In this document: positions 9,794 to 17,902 of the stretch, in pieces
Layout: each line of letters opens with the position of its first letter
Position numbering within the stretch: position 1 is the stretch's first letter
Source: a virus
Taxonomy: Duplodnaviria > Caudoviricetes
Strand: one strand, 5' to 3'
DNA length: 41,327 nucleotides
Virus record (IMG/VR): IMGVR_UViG_3300020385_000023
Coordinates: 1-41,327 of that record
The notes under the pieces: generated by a model
Told to the model about the DNA's origin: nothing
Database searches by the model: none
Seen by the model: only the letters and a program-made list of their open reading frames with translations
Program-made: the position numbers and the translations under genes

Positions 9794-10210
9794 ATGAGTG
9801 GATTGCGAAACGGGGTCATGCTGGCCCTGGGCGATTTCTTTTTTAGTATTAGCACGGTTCAGTATCAGCAGTTGCAACGCTCGAAATCGTGGACTTGGGC
9901 GAAAAAGAATCGACTTGGCCGAAAGCCAGCAAAGCAGTTTCACGGCCCCGATAGTGACACCATCACGCTAAACATTGCGCATTTTCCGGAAAACAAAGCC
10001 GGGTTGCTGATGTTTAGCCGTTTGGCTGCCCTGGGCGATCAGGGCAAGCCGCACCGCCTAGTTGGCAGTAATGCCCTGGGCGGGTCTGATCTTGGCCTTT
10101 GGTGTATCGAAAGCCTGGAAGAAACTGACACGGAGTTTACCGAGGACGGGATCCCGTTAGTGATTAAAGGGACCTTGAAAATCTCGGAGTGGGGGGAAGA
10201 TGAGTTCTAA
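9794..10210 (+). CDS. Tail protein gpU-like (P2)
   Basis: MLALG.F.FS..T..YQQLQR...W...R.G..PA.QF.GP motif. Confidence 0.9.
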   Translation: MSGLRNGVMLALGDFFFSISTVQYQQLQRSKSWTWAKKNRLGRKPAKQFHGPDSDTITLNIAHFPENKAGLLMFSRLAALGDQGKPHRLVGSNALGGSDLGLWCIESLEETDTEFTEDGIPLVIKGTLKISEWGEDEF

Positions 10211-10415
10211 CACACAATATCGAACCCGAACCGGCGATATGTTGGATTGGATTTGTACACAGTATTACGGGGAACGTCCGAGAGCCGTGGAGGCGGTTCT
10301 CGATGCGAACCCGGGTTTAGCCGCTTATGGTCCGGTTCTTCCGGCGGGGCTTGTGATCGAGTTACCCGATTTAGGTCCGGCAGAAGATACCAGCACAATC
10401 AGTTTATGGGATTAA
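10200..10415 (+). CDS. Tail protein X (LysM-like)
   Basis: GDMLDWIC..YYG...VLDANPGLA..GP.LPAG...LWD motif. Confidence 0.93.
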   Translation: MSSNTQYRTRTGDMLDWICTQYYGERPRAVEAVLDANPGLAAYGPVLPAGLVIELPDLGPAEDTSTISLWD

Positions 10416-10418
10416 ACA

Positions 10419-11390
10419 ATGGAACCACCGATTTATCAGATTGTGGCCAACGATGCCGACATCACCGCGAAGATTCAGGACCGCTTTTTAAGTATGACGT
10501 TGCATGATGCGGCGGGTATTGAATCTGACTCGGTGACAATCACCCTGGATAACCGCGGAAACGTGATTAAACCATTATCGACCGGTGCAAAGTTGGTTAT
10601 TTCTCTCGGAACGGGGAAAGCACTGGTCCCAAAAGGTGTTTATCAGGTGACGGAGTTAGAAGAATCGCTCGATAATGACGACTTAGTCATTCATGGCACT
10701 GCAGCAGAGACGAAAGCCGTTATTAAGGCCCCAAAGGACCGAACTTTCGACAATGTCACGTATGGCGAGTTGGTGAGTCAAATTGCTAGTGAAAACAATC
10801 TGCAGCCGGTGATCAGTGATGAGTTGGCCAAGATTCAATTTGACCACATCGATCAGAAAGCCGAATCGGATTTAAACCTATTAACCCGTCTCGGTCGTCA
10901 ATATGGCGCAATAGCAAAACCAGTCGCTGAACGTTTACTGGTGACTGGGAAAGGGGAAGGAAAAACCGCCAGTGGTCAGGAAATGCCGCTAGAGGTGATC
11001 GCCGATGCGCATAATTCATCGGGTCGAATCGTGACCAAAGAGCGAGATAGCTATCAATCCGTGGTGGCGCATTGGTTTGATGAGCCCGCCCAACAAAAGC
11101 GCCAGGTGAAAGCCGGCGACGGTGAGCCGTCATTGACGCTTAAACAGGAGTACACAAGCGAAGATGAGGCGTTAAAGGCTGCCACGGCTGAACTGGAAGA
11201 ACGCCAGCGCGGGAAAAAGACCTTTTCCTTAACTCGCCCATTAAGCCCCACGTTGGGCGCGGAATACCGCATTCAAGTAATAAACCATAAGCCGGTGGCC
11301 AATGGCCTATGGGTGGTTGAGAGTGCTGATCATACCGTAGAACGGGACCGAGTATCAGAAACCAGGCTAGAACTGGTAACGCCTAAATAA
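10419..11390 (+). CDS. Baseplate hub / late control D protein
   Basis: D.AG.ESD and HIDQ..ESD..LL.RL...YGA motifs. Confidence 0.92.
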   Translation: MEPPIYQIVANDADITAKIQDRFLSMTLHDAAGIESDSVTITLDNRGNVIKPLSTGAKLVISLGTGKALVPKGVYQVTELEESLDNDDLVIHGTAAETKAVIKAPKDRTFDNVTYGELVSQIASENNLQPVISDELAKIQFDHIDQKAESDLNLLTRLGRQYGAIAKPVAERLLVTGKGEGKTASGQEMPLEVIADAHNSSGRIVTKERDSYQSVVAHWFDEPAQQKRQVKAGDGEPSLTLKQEYTSEDEALKAATAELEERQRGKKTFSLTRPLSPTLGAEYRIQVINHKPVANGLWVVESADHTVERDRVSETRLELVTPK

Positions 11391-11464
11391 TCATTTCACA
11401 ACAAAGCCTTATCGACAAAAAGTGTTATAAACTTGATGCCGATGGGGTTTTGTGTGCATAATCC

Positions 11465-11484
11465 TACTGTATAAATAAACAGTA
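11465..11484. promoter_or_regulatory. LexA (SOS) box TACTGTATAAATAAACAGTA
   Basis: 18/20 match to the consensus TACTGTATATATATACAGTA. Adjacent to TTGATG-N18-CATAAT (11433-11462) and TATAAT (11483-11488). Confidence 0.9.
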
Positions 11485-11502
11485 TAATAGAAGTCGATCG
11501 GA

Positions 11503-11715
11503 GTGCAAATTTTGAATGTGAACCCTTTAAACGACGGAACGAGATCAGGTACAGTCGATAATCTGGCCGCATTATTACGTTTTATTGAGGCAGCAAGCGA
11601 GGATAGCGAAATTTGCGATCCTGGACTGCATCAAGCGATTAAGGTGGCGAGTGCAACTGCAATGCAGTTAAAGCGATTCGACCAGGAGAACGGCGAGTCG
11701 GACCAATCTGGATAA
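11503..11715 (+). CDS. Small acidic helical protein under LexA control; candidate antirepressor (start may be TTG 11512 or GTG 11518)
   Basis: Only ORF directly behind the SOS box; GGAG at 11500; followed by a weak terminator at 11706-11733. Confidence 0.65.
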   Translation: MQILNVNPLNDGTRSGTVDNLAALLRFIEAASEDSEICDPGLHQAIKVASATAMQLKRFDQENGESDQSG

Positions 11716-11850
11716 ATAACCAGATCTTTTTTTGCGTGATCCTTTCCGCATCGTGTGGTAGGCTTATTGCGAAATGTTGTTTTAGAGCTTGTTGGCTTAT
11801 GGTTTGGCGACTTAGGCGAGCAAGATGAAGATTTACCAAGGCTTAGATAG

Positions 11851-11950
11851 ACAAAACCCCGCATAAAGCGGGGTTCTTAAATCGGGTAGTCATTGGCTAG
11901 CAACAACAAGTATTTAATGTTTGGCGGCATTAAAAAACCCTATAGATCAA
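11851..11950 (-). ncRNA. CopA/Inc-like antisense replication-control RNA (~100 nt)
   Basis: Minus-strand promoter TTGCAG (11984-11979)-N17-TAAAAT (11961-11956). Hairpin 11913-11934 has a CGCCAA loop. Terminator ccccgc-tttat-gcgggg-tttt at 11877-11853. Confidence 0.75.
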
Positions 11951-12012
11951 ATTAGATTTTACTTGTTATAGCCAGTTACTGCAAGCCTACTCAATGGATT
12001 ATTGGCTAAAAA

Positions 12013-13038
12013 ATGAGTATAACTGGCAGTTTTTCCCCTGCAGAACCGTTTATCGGTCAGTCTGGCGTAAGACGATACATTCCTAAATTTGAACTTCCTA
12101 TGGTGGGCCACCCAATCGCCCGCCGTCTCGATGCTTTGTTGTCTGCTCATGTGTGGAGCAAAAACCGTTTTATTCGTAAGCTGCGCAAAGAGGGCGGTGA
12201 AATAAATCGTCGCAAGCTATCCGATGGCACTTGGAAGACGAAAACACTTCCCCCGCGTCGTTTATCGATCCGCACTGAACGCGAACAAACCTTTGATGCG
12301 CTTACCCGCGCCATGATCTACCGTGCCGACTATGATCCCGAGGCGCCTTATCTGTTTGAGGTAAAGGCCAGCGCCGAGGAACTGGCGGGCATGATCGGCC
12401 AACTTCACGAATATGCTCCGGCTTATGATGGTGAAAGCGGTCAATATCGTCATGGGCGTAAGGCTTGCGATCCGGTCCATGCTGCTATCGATGACTTTGA
12501 GGCCGCCGACATGCTTGTCGTGGTACGCGAGTTTGACAACGAAACCAAAACCCACAAGGCAAAGCGTCTATTTTTTAAGCCGAATTTCTTTAAAGGCTTT
12601 GGCTTAACAATGGATGATACGCGCGAAATGCTGGCCGCTGCGCGCAAGTGGCAAGAGAAACACGGCCACCTTAAAACGGCTAAGCAAAAACGCCGCGCTG
12701 AATTGGTTCGCCTGGCGGAGTCTGATCGAGTCGCTACGCTTGATCGCCACTCTTTGCGTAATATGCTGGCTCGCTTTAAGCGTGAGTTTACTGGGGCAAA
12801 TAAGCACACTAAGCGCGAAATGGACGCCCATCACCGTCTAAAGCAAGCCGAGAAGAACGCCCGTTCTGACAAGCAAGACGATCGCAGCCCTACAGAAATC
12901 AAACTGCGTCAGCTCATGCAGCAATTACCACCAATTAGCGTTCATATCGCTAAGAACCAAATTAAGCAAGAGCACGGCCTAACATGTGGCCCTGAGTTCG
13001 ACAAGCTGCTCTTGGCGATGCTAGAAACCCACACGTAA
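12013..13038 (+). CDS. repA: Plasmid replication initiator, IncFII RepA/IncI RepZ-like
   Basis: R..TFDAL..A....D...V..S..ELA..IG...G.K...FD......RLFFKPNFF..FG pattern recalled for this family. Antisense-type leader upstream and non-coding region downstream. Confidence 0.75.
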   Translation: MSITGSFSPAEPFIGQSGVRRYIPKFELPMVGHPIARRLDALLSAHVWSKNRFIRKLRKEGGEINRRKLSDGTWKTKTLPPRRLSIRTEREQTFDALTRAMIYRADYDPEAPYLFEVKASAEELAGMIGQLHEYAPAYDGESGQYRHGRKACDPVHAAIDDFEAADMLVVVREFDNETKTHKAKRLFFKPNFFKGFGLTMDDTREMLAAARKWQEKHGHLKTAKQKRRAELVRLAESDRVATLDRHSLRNMLARFKREFTGANKHTKREMDAHHRLKQAEKNARSDKQDDRSPTEIKLRQLMQQLPPISVHIAKNQIKQEHGLTCGPEFDKLLLAMLETHT

Positions 13039-13039
13039 C

Positions 13040-13720
13040 CCATCCCCTTTATTTATCCGCTTAGCTGCGGAGAATGCCGCACACCTCGATAAAAGTACCG
13101 TTTGTTTTTTGCTCGATTTCACCTGTTTTCACGCTGTCCTTTGTCTCTCGCCCACCTTTCTCGATCGATCCAGTCTCTAAATTAAAATTTAACCTCGAAA
13201 GTAATCTATGAACTAACCCCTTTCTAAAGAAAGGATAAATCCCCTCCATAAAGGCGAGGGATTTTAATCTATCGCTTCGCTCATAAAAGTACCTCCCATT
13301 AAATTGTGATTAACTCTATCGATAAACCTAACTCCCTGGGCACAATTTAACGGGCCCCAACAGCCAGCCCAAACCACTCGGAAATTAAAAGTTCATCGAT
13401 ATAGCTGGCTGCGCTGAACATTTCTTTTGTCATACGACCATCAGCCTATGACGGATTACGATTATTACGTGGATCCCCACCTTAACCATCAAATCAAATT
13501 CAAACTGATCACCTAGCCTTTTTCGCTTCGCGAGGCTTAGCAAGGTGGTGAGGTGAGATTTAGCGATGTTCTGTATGCTAACCGCGCCGATTAATTTCAG
13601 TGGTCTATTCAACTTCATCGAGCGGCTTGGTGCTTCGCTTGCACTTCGTGCATTGCTTATCCCTGCGGGGCTAGTCCGCATGACTTCAACGTTCAGTGGG
13701 TGCGCTTATGGGCGCAAAAT
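13040..13720. other. Putative replication origin / cis region downstream of repA
   Basis: Non-coding, with AT-rich tracts, repeated ataaaagtacc and TCGAT motifs and several hairpins. IncFII-type origins lie downstream of rep. Confidence 0.55.
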
Positions 13721-13723
13721 AAA

Positions 13724-13796
13724 CCTTGCACAAAAGGACGAAAAGTCCTAATATTAATTTCGAAGGCCGGGCAAGTTGCCAAGGCCAAAACCGAGA
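13724..13796 (+). promoter_or_regulatory. Duplicated 73-bp promoter cassette, copy 1 (TTGCAC-N17-TAATAT with AGGAC-N5-GTCCT operator)
   Basis: Near-identical to 14400-14472. Confidence 0.85.
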
Positions 13797-13805
13797 GAAA
13801 TCCCG

Positions 13806-14039
13806 ATGACTACACCAATCGTTCAGATCGACGACAACACCTTCTATTTAGAAAGTCGTGGTAACAAAATGACGCTGTCACGTAAACAAGATGCCTGGGG
13901 CGAGTTCTGGCAAATGAGCACAGATAATGCCAGTCACCGCGCTTATCGTGGGCTAGGCATTAAAGAGTTCGCCAGCCTTGAAGCCGTCGAGAAACAGTAT
14001 AAAAGCTGGCGTGGTGTTAGCGCACTATTAGGCAATTAA
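13806..14039 (+). CDS. Hypothetical protein, 77 aa (first gene of the KorC-like operon)
   Basis: ATG 13806 lies at the same offset from the cassette as ATG 14482. Confidence 0.8.
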   Translation: MTTPIVQIDDNTFYLESRGNKMTLSRKQDAWGEFWQMSTDNASHRAYRGLGIKEFASLEAVEKQYKSWRGVSALLGN

Positions 14040-14076
14040 TAACCTGGGCGGTTCGCCGCCCCTTATTGGGGATTGT

Positions 14077-14373
14077 ATGGAAAACACAGAAATCAGATCA
14101 GAAACATTAACCGCGTTTGGTCCTGAGTGGCTACAGCCTACAGGTGAAGAAGTCCGCGCCATGTTGACCAAGTGTAATTTAACAGGTAGCGAGGCCGCTG
14201 CATTGGTTGGCGTGTCTGATAGCCGCACAGTGCGCAAATGGGCCGCTTATGACCCTGCTGAGGTCGAGAAAGCAAAACAAGACGGCCGAAAAACCAATAT
14301 GCAGCGAATTCCGTTTGCAGCTTGGGCGATCTTGGCTGAGTGTGCTGGCTTAGGGCTTATCTGGAAGAAATAA
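14077..14373 (+). CDS. korC: KorC-like HTH transcriptional repressor
   Basis: IR.E.L...W.QPTG.E.R..L....LTG..AA..G...RTVR.W...IP.AAWAIL...AG.G.IWK matches IncP KorC. Confidence 0.85.
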   Translation: MENTEIRSETLTAFGPEWLQPTGEEVRAMLTKCNLTGSEAAALVGVSDSRTVRKWAAYDPAEVEKAKQDGRKTNMQRIPFAAWAILAECAGLGLIWKK

Positions 14374-14394
14374 AGAAATAAAGAAATAAAGAAA
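14371..14394 (+). repeat. Octamer array C: (TAAAGAAA)x3
   Basis: Three perfect tandem copies directly upstream of promoter copy 2. Confidence 0.8.
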
Positions 14395-14399
14395 ATAAT

Positions 14400-14472
14400 C
14401 CTTGCAATAAAGGACGAAAAGTCCTAATATTTATTTCGAAGGCCGGGCAAGGTGCCAAGGCCAAAACCGAGA
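14400..14472 (+). promoter_or_regulatory. Duplicated promoter cassette, copy 2 (TTGCAA-N17-TAATAT, same operator)
   Basis: Near-identical to 13724-13796. Confidence 0.85.
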
Positions 14473-14481
14473 TAAATATCG

Positions 14482-14802
14482 ATGACTAACAATCAAATCA
14501 CTGCAAAAACTATCCTTAACCAACTTGGTGCAAACCGCTTTCTGGCTATGACTGGCGCAAAAAACCTAGTTGCTATCGAGAACGGCCTACAATTCGATTT
14601 GCCTCGCACTCGCCATTTTGTAAAAGACGGCATCAATAAAATTCAAATAATCCTAGACGCGTCGGATACCTACACCGTGCGCGGCCTTAAATACATTCCT
14701 CGTAAGTTTGAGTGTAAGGAACTGGATACTGAATCGGGTATTTATGCCGATATGCTGCAGGGCACGTTTACCGAAATGACCGGGCTTAATACTTACCTTT
14801 AA
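14482..14802 (+). CDS. Conserved phage/plasmid hypothetical protein (QLG..RF.AMTGAK motif)
   Basis: Clean ORF with its own promoter; hairpin at 14808-14829 follows. Confidence 0.8.
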   Translation: MTNNQITAKTILNQLGANRFLAMTGAKNLVAIENGLQFDLPRTRHFVKDGINKIQIILDASDTYTVRGLKYIPRKFECKELDTESGIYADMLQGTFTEMTGLNTYL

Positions 14803-15059
14803 TCGCATTGCCCGCCTTGCGGCGGGCAAATCAGAGGTGCTTAGGATGAAAGATTGTACACAGGGAAATAAGGTACTCGATCCGCTGGGTCCGCCGATGT
14901 CGATTAAAGAGTTTTACGCTCATTGCGAGGACATTTTCGAACTTGCCCCCAAGCTATCCACGAAAACGGTGGATAAGTGCTCAGTTTCGCAACCATCGGA
15001 TCGGACTGCGTCGAGTTGTGTGGTAGATTGTTATTCACTCGAAAGGTGATTAAGAAGTT

Positions 15060-15398
15060 ATGAGCGAAATCAGATTATCTAAAAATCAAAAAGACGCGTT
15101 GTTCATTTTGGCGCTGTTGGAAAGTAATGGCCATGTTGATTTTGTCGGAGCGGAAAAGGTTCGTCAAATGGTGGAGTCACCGCGCCCGAGCTTGGTGGAC
15201 CCATCGAACTTTAGAAAAGGGCTTCACACGTTGCATTCTAGAGGCTCGATTGACCTGGTAAGAAAGCGCGATTTAAGCCTAATGGTTAAGCTAACACGCC
15301 CAGGCCGCCACCAAGCGGCCAAGATTTACCGAGAACGCACCGGCACCGAACTCGATGTTCCCGCGGTGGCTGATGAGCAAATGACGATTTTTGAATAA
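15060..15398 (+). CDS. Winged-helix DNA-binding protein
   Basis: LS..QKDALFIL...SNFRKGLHTL..RG.I...KLT..GR wHTH pattern. Confidence 0.7.
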   Translation: MSEIRLSKNQKDALFILALLESNGHVDFVGAEKVRQMVESPRPSLVDPSNFRKGLHTLHSRGSIDLVRKRDLSLMVKLTRPGRHQAAKIYRERTGTELDVPAVADEQMTIFE

Positions 15399-15408
15399 AG
15401 GTTGTAAC

Positions 15409-16773
15409 ATGCAAAACGAAGAAGCACTCAAAAAGCCGCCGTTCTCAATGGATGCTGAACAATCCGTTTTAGGTGGGTTGATGTTGGATAACTCTCGTTG
15501 GGATGATGTGTCCGACAAAGTGGCGGGTCCTGATTTCTATTTGCGTCACCACCGAGTGATATTTGAAGGGGTTCGCAAGCTGCTCGAAGCCTCTCAACCG
15601 CTTGATCTGGTCACGCTGTCGGAAGTGCTCGAAAAGCAAGGCGTATTAGAAGACGTTGGCGGGTTCGCTTACCTAGCAGACTTGGCCAAGAACACCCCAA
15701 GCGCGGCGAACATTAACGCTTATGCTGAAATCGTGAGAGAAAAGGCGGTGTTAAGGAATGTTATCGAGGTCGGTAATAATATTGTCGCATCGGCGTATGA
15801 CTCAAAGGCGGCGACCTCAACCGACATTATCGACGATCTCGAAAGCAAGGTTCTCGCGATTTCGAATCAGCATTCGGTGAGTGTTGATAGTATGCAAAGC
15901 GCCCGTTCGGTACTTGAGAAAACCATCGACCGTATGGAAGAACTGAACAAAACCGCCATCGATGGCGTGACCGGCTTATCGACTGGTTTTATGGACCTCA
16001 ATAAAAAGACGGCGGGTTTGCAAAACTCTGATCTGATCATCGTGGCCGCCCGTCCATCGATGGGGAAAACCACCTTTGCCATGAATATTTGTGAAAATGT
16101 GGCGATGGAACACGACAAGCCAGTATTAATATTTTCTTTGGAAATGCCCTCCGAACAATTAATGATGAGAATGCTTTCGTCATTGGCTCGGGTTGAGCTT
16201 TCCAAAATCCGCACAAGCCAGCTCGATGATGAAGACTGGGCGCGTATTGCATCCGCTACCGGCTTATTGATGGAGAAAAACAATATCTTTATCGATGACC
16301 GTTCCGGCATTACTCCGACCGAACTCAGAGTGAAGGCTCGCCGCATGGCTCGCGAGCATGGTGGTTTGTCGATGATCATGGTTGATTATCTTCAACTGAT
16401 GCAAGTGCCAGGACTGCAGCAAAACCGCACGCTAGAGATCGCCGAAATTAGCCGCGCGTTGAAAGCCTTGGCCAAGGAACTCAACGTTCCAGTGGTGGCG
16501 CTATCGCAGCTCAACCGAACATTAGAAAACCGCACCGATAAGCGTCCAATCAACTCAGATTTGAGGGAGTCGGGTTCTATCGAGCAAGATGCCGATCTCA
16601 TCATGTTTATTTATCGCGATGAGGTTTACCACGAAGACAGCAAAGACAAAGGCACCGCCGAGATCATTATCGGTAAGCAGAGGAACGGCCCGATCGGAAC
16701 AGTTCGGCTAACGTTCCAGGGGCAATATTCCCGCTTTGATAGCTTTGCGGGTCCGTCATATGGTGATTATTGA
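15409..16773 (+). CDS. dnaB: Replicative DNA helicase DnaB
   Basis: AEQSVLGG, AARPSMGKT (Walker A), VDYLQLM, LSQLNR, DLRESGSIEQDAD and KQRNGP motifs. Confidence 0.97.
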   Translation: MQNEEALKKPPFSMDAEQSVLGGLMLDNSRWDDVSDKVAGPDFYLRHHRVIFEGVRKLLEASQPLDLVTLSEVLEKQGVLEDVGGFAYLADLAKNTPSAANINAYAEIVREKAVLRNVIEVGNNIVASAYDSKAATSTDIIDDLESKVLAISNQHSVSVDSMQSARSVLEKTIDRMEELNKTAIDGVTGLSTGFMDLNKKTAGLQNSDLIIVAARPSMGKTTFAMNICENVAMEHDKPVLIFSLEMPSEQLMMRMLSSLARVELSKIRTSQLDDEDWARIASATGLLMEKNNIFIDDRSGITPTELRVKARRMAREHGGLSMIMVDYLQLMQVPGLQQNRTLEIAEISRALKALAKELNVPVVALSQLNRTLENRTDKRPINSDLRESGSIEQDADLIMFIYRDEVYHEDSKDKGTAEIIIGKQRNGPIGTVRLTFQGQYSRFDSFAGPSYGDY

Positions 16774-17360
16774 TGGGTGATAGATTGATTCCTAAATATA
16801 TTATCGACCAAATACATGCTGAGCGTTATCCGCATGGCTATCCGTTTCCTTGTAGTGTAGTTAACAGTGTAAGTTTGCGAGGTGCGGATGTTGGGTTTAT
16901 ATATGTGATCATCCCGAACGATGGGAATGAAGGAGTGAAAATTGGTCGAACGAAGAACCTTAAACAACGAATTGACCAGCATTTACAATATTGGCCGAAT
17001 GCAAAACTTTGTGGTTTTGTTAAAGTATTAAATTGTGTGAGATTTGAAAAACGTATCCATTCTATTTTGTCTAGCTATGAAGTTAGTTTGAACTGGGATA
17101 TTAAGGGAAGTCCTGAGCTTCTTCAAAGGGAACGTTTTGCATTGACGGTTGATGATTGGGATAAGTCAGTAAAAGTTCACCTTAATAAGTTGTTATGGAA
17201 AGAAATGGATCAGGCTGCAATCAAAGGATTACCAGACGCCAAACCTTACGAGTTATACGACAAAAAGGAAGTGGAGTTGTTTTGGGCTAGGGAAAGGTAC
17301 ATAGAGGAAGTTTCCAAAATAAAGGAGATTCTTTTTGATGCGCTCTTAGCATCCAGTTGA
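16770..17360 (+). CDS. GIY-YIG (T5orf172-like) domain protein
   Basis: GFIYVI...VKIGRT.NL.QRI...E..IH..L...ERF motif; AT-rich. Confidence 0.7.
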   Translation: MMGDRLIPKYIIDQIHAERYPHGYPFPCSVVNSVSLRGADVGFIYVIIPNDGNEGVKIGRTKNLKQRIDQHLQYWPNAKLCGFVKVLNCVRFEKRIHSILSSYEVSLNWDIKGSPELLQRERFALTVDDWDKSVKVHLNKLLWKEMDQAAIKGLPDAKPYELYDKKEVELFWARERYIEEVSKIKEILFDALLASS

Positions 17361-17754
17361 AACAACCACCGCCTTGGAGCTATAATGATTTTGTCAGCGC
17401 ATTACTGGAACTGCTTTGCAGGGTGCTGATGTCGGAGGTGACTCCCCTAGGCCGTGACCGGGATAATCTAATGATAAAGACTAGGCTAGTATCTTTTCTG
17501 AAAGGGCACCCAATAGGGTGCTTTTTTCGTTTATGGCTTTCCAAATCGATAATATTACAAAACTTGATCTTTTGGCGGTTTCGATGCGAATCGGCCGCCA
17601 AATCATACCACCCGATTTTCCGCTCAAATCCCTGTCTTTTTGAAACAAATTTACAACATCAAAAACCGCACCTCGATCAGAACTAAACCGCCACTTTTGA
17701 CGGTTTGGCGATTTCAATCCGTCAGAACTGGCGGAATATGGCCTAAAATGACCT

Positions 17755-17782
17755 ATTTAACATATTGTGCATAATGTGCCCC
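17755..17782 (-). other. dif-like XerCD recombination site
   Basis: Minus strand GGGGCACATTA-TGCACA-ATATGTTAAAT; the XerD arm matches TTATGTTAAAT at 10/11. Confidence 0.8.
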
Positions 17783-17902
17783 AAATTATGGGTGCGAATA
17801 AAACAGAATGGCCCTCTGTCCTATTACCAATTAGGGAACTGATTTAATATACTTGTAATGTTGTTGGTTAGTGACACGTCACGCTTATAAAAAAGGTAAA
17901 AT

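Noticed and set aside
11994-12086. 30-codon leader peptide (tap/repY-like) overlapping the repA 5' end
   Set aside because: The frame is open, but the Shine-Dalgarno is poor and the repA start is uncertain; cannot be supported without Ribo-seq
13724-14472. Direct repeats as a CRISPR array or IS ends
   Set aside because: Only two 73-bp copies, 676 bp apart and containing promoters; no cas or transposase genes
14837-15049. 70-aa ORF before the wHTH gene
   Set aside because: No recognisable features and it overlaps DnaA-box-like sites; left uncalled, although it could be real
17357-17717. ORFs 17357-17686, 17380-17601 and 17481-17717
   Set aside because: Weak starts and unnatural composition; the region is better explained as non-coding DNA next to dif
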